A stretch of 64,000 nt of DNA, taken from NCBI GenBank assembly GCA_963700145.1, contig OY969474.1, forward strand, positions 4,064,001 through 4,128,000, read 5' to 3'. Of the stretch, positions 61,209 through 64,000 are shown piece after piece. The DNA is from an uncultured Acidobacteriota bacterium. Its GTDB lineage: Bacteria; Acidobacteriota; Thermoanaerobaculia; Multivoradales; UBA5704. A program made the position numbers and the translations under genes. The notes below the pieces were generated by a model. That model saw only the letters and a list, made by a program, of their open reading frames with translations. It made no database searches and was not told where the DNA came from. Each line of letters opens with the position of its first letter. Positions within the stretch are counted from its first letter, which is position 1.

Positions 61209-62149
61209 CGGCGCTGGCCGGTGAACTGCCGGTGGTAGCGGATGTAGCCGCCCCTGGCACCGTAGCGCACGGCCCGTTGCAGCGACGAGGGGTGCATCCC
61301 CACGGCCGCCAGCAGCGCGTAGACGGGGTAGGCCAGAGTGCGCAAGATCGCCCTGCCGGGCCGGTGGTAGAGGTCGCTCAGGGCGACCTCCGCGCCGTGG
61401 ATCGCCGCCTCCTCGAGCATCCGCTCGCGGAAGCTCCCGTCCTCTTCCATCCAGCGCGCCAGGAGCTCGTGATCGGGGCTCTCGCGCATGGCGTAGCTGC
61501 CGCGCCGCTCGCCGCTCCACAGGACGATCACGCCGACCCGGGGAATGAACTTGAGGCGGGCGCCCGAGCGCCAGGCGCGAAAGAGCCAGGCCTGCGAGGG
61601 GGTGACGTACACGGAATCGGCCGCCGGCCAGGGGCCCACGGAGCCCGCCAGCTCGCGCCGGAAGACCCAGGTCGAGGCGCTGTAGAACGCGAACGGGCTG
61701 TAGCCGCCCGGCGGCGGGACCCCGGCGAGCCCGAAGCTCAACGGCGTCTGGCCGGCCCCGCGCTCGGGGGCGCCGTGGGCGACGGCGGCCGGCGCCCAGA
61801 CGAGGTCCGCTTCCTCCCGGTCGAGCTCCGCGACGCAAGTCGCCAGATGGTCCGGCAGGTGGATGTCGTCGTGATTGAGAAACGCGACGTAGCGGCCGCC
61901 GGCCAAGGCGATGCCGTGGTTGTTGGGCCCGCTCTGCTCGCCCGTGTTGCGCGGCAGGTTGACGAAGCGGATGCGCGGGTCCCGGAACGACGCCACGACC
62001 TCTGCGCTGTCGTCGGTGCAGCAATCCCCGACGACGATCAGCTCCCAATCGGTGAAGGTGGACGCGACGACGCTGCGGACGGCGTGTTTCAGCACCTGAC
62101 TGCGGTTGTAGGTCGCGACGACGACCGAGACCCTGGGGGGCCGGCTCAT
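61205..62149 (-). CDS. Family 2 glycosyltransferase
   Basis: VSVVVATYNR, VGDCCTDDS, AFLNHDD. Confidence 0.88.
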   Translation of the reverse strand: MSRPPRVSVVVATYNRSQVLKHAVRSVVASTFTDWELIVVGDCCTDDSAEVVASFRDPRIRFVNLPRNTGEQSGPNNHGIALAGGRYVAFLNHDDIHLPDHLATCVAELDREEADLVWAPAAVAHGAPERGAGQTPLSFGLAGVPPPGGYSPFAFYSASTWVFRRELAGSVGPWPAADSVYVTPSQAWLFRAWRSGARLKFIPRVGVIVLWSGERRGSYAMRESPDHELLARWMEEDGSFRERMLEEAAIHGAEVALSDLYHRPGRAILRTLAYPVYALLAAVGMHPSSLQRAVRYGARGGYIRYHRQFTGQRR

Positions 62150-63369
62150 GACAGGCCCAGGATCCTCTCGGCCGTCTTCATCCCCATGTACGGCGTCATG
62201 GTGTACTTGCCGGTGTTCACCGAATGGTAGTTGCCGGCCGAGTACACGCCGATCTCGTGGCGCTCGTGGAGCTTGCTCCCGGGATCGTCGACGTCCGTGT
62301 CGCCCCAGGCGAAGATCACGCCGCCGCCCGGATCCACGTCCGCGAGGCGGAAATCCAGCGACTTGAGCAGCGGACACCGCTTCAGCCACTCCGCGTGGCT
62401 GCGGCGAAACACCTCGTACCGGCGCTCGGGCGTGAGCTCGCGCTCCCAGTCGGGCGGCTGGAGGGCGCGCGAGGTGCCGATCATCCCTTCCGGGTACCAC
62501 GAGAGGAAGAGCCCGTTCCTGCCGTAGTTGACGATGTCCCCGAAGGGTCCCAGGACGCAGGTGATCGACGGGATGTCCCCGTTGGACAGCGGCACCAGGA
62601 TCCGGTTCGCGAACTTGTACCGGTAGAGCCAGGGGTGGTCCTGACCCAGCCCCATCTGCGCGTCGATGTGCAAGCGGCCGTGCCAGAGGGCATTGGCGAC
62701 CTGGTCGTAGCGCTCGACGTAATCGTCGCCGTCCTTCTCGAACGACACGGCGAGCCCGCCACCGTCGCGGCGGGCCACCTCCGTTACCCGGGCGCCCCAC
62801 ACGCAGTGGATCCGCGGATGCGCGAGCGCGGCCGCGCGCAGCAGCCCGGCGACGGTCCGCGGGTCGACGGCCCGCTCGGAGGTGCGGAACATGGTCACGA
62901 AGTGCTCGGCGGCGACCGTGGACTCCATCTCCGTCCGGCTCAGCTCCTCGATCTCCAGCGCGCGATCGAGGCCGAGGTAGGGGGCGCCGCAAGCCCGGTG
63001 AAGCTCCTCGAAGAGCCGCTGGCAGCTCGCGTAGTGCGCCCGCAGCCCGTCGACGTCCACCATCGTCCCCACGTGCACGGCGTAAAGGAAGGGCGTCGAG
63101 ATCTCCAGCCGGGCGCGGTCGAAGCCCACCCAGCGGTCGAGGAGCGGGGCGAAGGAGAGGGCGCCGCGGATCATCAGCTCCGCCGTCCGCAGCGTGCGGT
63201 CCTTCGCGTAGAGGATCCCGAGGTGGACCTTGCCCTCGTTGTGGAAGCTGGCCCTGCGGATCGGCTCGTCGCACTGGTCGTAGAGATCGACGTCGAGCCC
63301 GCGGCCGGCCAGCTCGAGGGCGGCGCAGGTGCCGGTGTTGCCGGCGCCCAGAATGGCGATTCTCATCAT
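62146..63369 (-). CDS. FAD-dependent oxidoreductase
   Basis: IAILGAGNTG Rossmann motif, ASFHNEGKVHLG, NTGKYT; ATGA overlap with the GT2 gene. Confidence 0.85.
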   Translation of the reverse strand: MMRIAILGAGNTGTCAALELAGRGLDVDLYDQCDEPIRRASFHNEGKVHLGILYAKDRTLRTAELMIRGALSFAPLLDRWVGFDRARLEISTPFLYAVHVGTMVDVDGLRAHYASCQRLFEELHRACGAPYLGLDRALEIEELSRTEMESTVAAEHFVTMFRTSERAVDPRTVAGLLRAAALAHPRIHCVWGARVTEVARRDGGGLAVSFEKDGDDYVERYDQVANALWHGRLHIDAQMGLGQDHPWLYRYKFANRILVPLSNGDIPSITCVLGPFGDIVNYGRNGLFLSWYPEGMIGTSRALQPPDWERELTPERRYEVFRRSHAEWLKRCPLLKSLDFRLADVDPGGGVIFAWGDTDVDDPGSKLHERHEIGVYSAGNYHSVNTGKYTMTPYMGMKTAERILGLS

Positions 63370-63447
63370 CGGGGGTCGTGGCGGCGAGTATATTTCGAGC
63401 CCTCCTGGCCCGCCGGTTGCACAGAGGCCGGGCCAGGAGGGGGGACC

Positions 63448-63999
63448 ATGGAACGAGTCCTCCGTACGTTCGAAGACCCGGTCGTCAGCCAGGAGGGCAC
63501 CCGGTACTTCGCCCGCGCCTGCGGGCGCGCAGTGGACAACCACTGGGAGGGCTGGCTCGAGTTCGAGCCAGCGGGCGAGGACGCGGTGCTACGCTCCGAG
63601 CGCGAGACGACGCAGCCCAACCAGACCGCCACCGAGTACTGGGCCGGCGGCCTCACCACGGTCTACCTCGAGGGTGCGCTGGAGCGCGCGCTCGAGCCCG
63701 TGGCGCCGGCGCCGCCGCCGTCACCCGTGGCCAGCCCCGCCTTCGGCGGCCCCGCGCCTCCGCGGCGCCCGCCGGTACCGCCGGCGCGGCCGATCCTCGA
63801 TCCGTTCTCGGTCTACGCCAAAGGCGAGGAGCTGCTGCGCAGCGAGCTCGGCGCGCTCGACGGCCGCCACCTGCGTGCCATCGCGCGCGGCTACCGGCTG
63901 GTGGACGAGCGGCGGCTGGACCTGGAGGTGCTGCCGGAGCCGGAGCTGGTGGAGCTGATCGTCACGGGAGTTCGCGCCGCACCTCTCCCTGGTGGGTGA
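63448..63999 (+). CDS. Conserved hypothetical protein
   Basis: RBS AGGAGG; WEGWLEF, RETTQPN, YLEGALERA, LDPFSVYAKGE. Confidence 0.8.
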   Translation: MERVLRTFEDPVVSQEGTRYFARACGRAVDNHWEGWLEFEPAGEDAVLRSERETTQPNQTATEYWAGGLTTVYLEGALERALEPVAPAPPPSPVASPAFGGPAPPRRPPVPPARPILDPFSVYAKGEELLRSELGALDGRHLRAIARGYRLVDERRLDLEVLPEPELVELIVTGVRAAPLPGG

Positions 64000-64000
64000 G

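Overview
Very GC-rich chromosomal segment, most likely Acidobacteriota (Thermoanaerobaculia-like); this is inferred from two tandem GWxTD-like/acidobacterial-VWA proteins, CarboxypepD_reg-repeat and sulfatase-like lipoproteins. About 55 real genes are present; most long ORFs in the track are antisense shadows. The housekeeping backbone includes kynA-kynU, ggt, apgM, eda, trmJ, maf, iscS-mnmA, rsmI, split nitrilase+nadE, slt, murA, prmC, prfA, rpmE, a sigma54 two-component system, PBP1B and an ECF sigma/ChrR pair. Four accessory patches interrupt it. (1) 19.6-21.4 kb: low-GC, cassette-like, with orphan mazE, a HEPN protein and attC-like sites. (2) 25.7-31.0 kb: TA modules plus a trypsin-NucA-peptidase fusion. 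(3) 41.3-43.4 kb: DUF433/PIN TA pair and a decayed IS1-family transposase. (4) 54.5-56.8 kb: cupin, hicAB and a phosphoesterase. The most striking unexplained structure is non-coding: two degenerate 21-bp-period arrays, each near a sigma54-type promoter; two REP-like palindrome families (TGTCA- and GTAG-tagged) that supply start/stop codons and an N-terminal peptide to core genes; a 485-bp nested inverted-repeat element; five sigma54 motifs; and recurrent leaderless-type -10 boxes. No tRNA, rRNA, CRISPR array, integrase or intact transposase was seen. All family assignments come from motifs recognised by eye, not from database searches.
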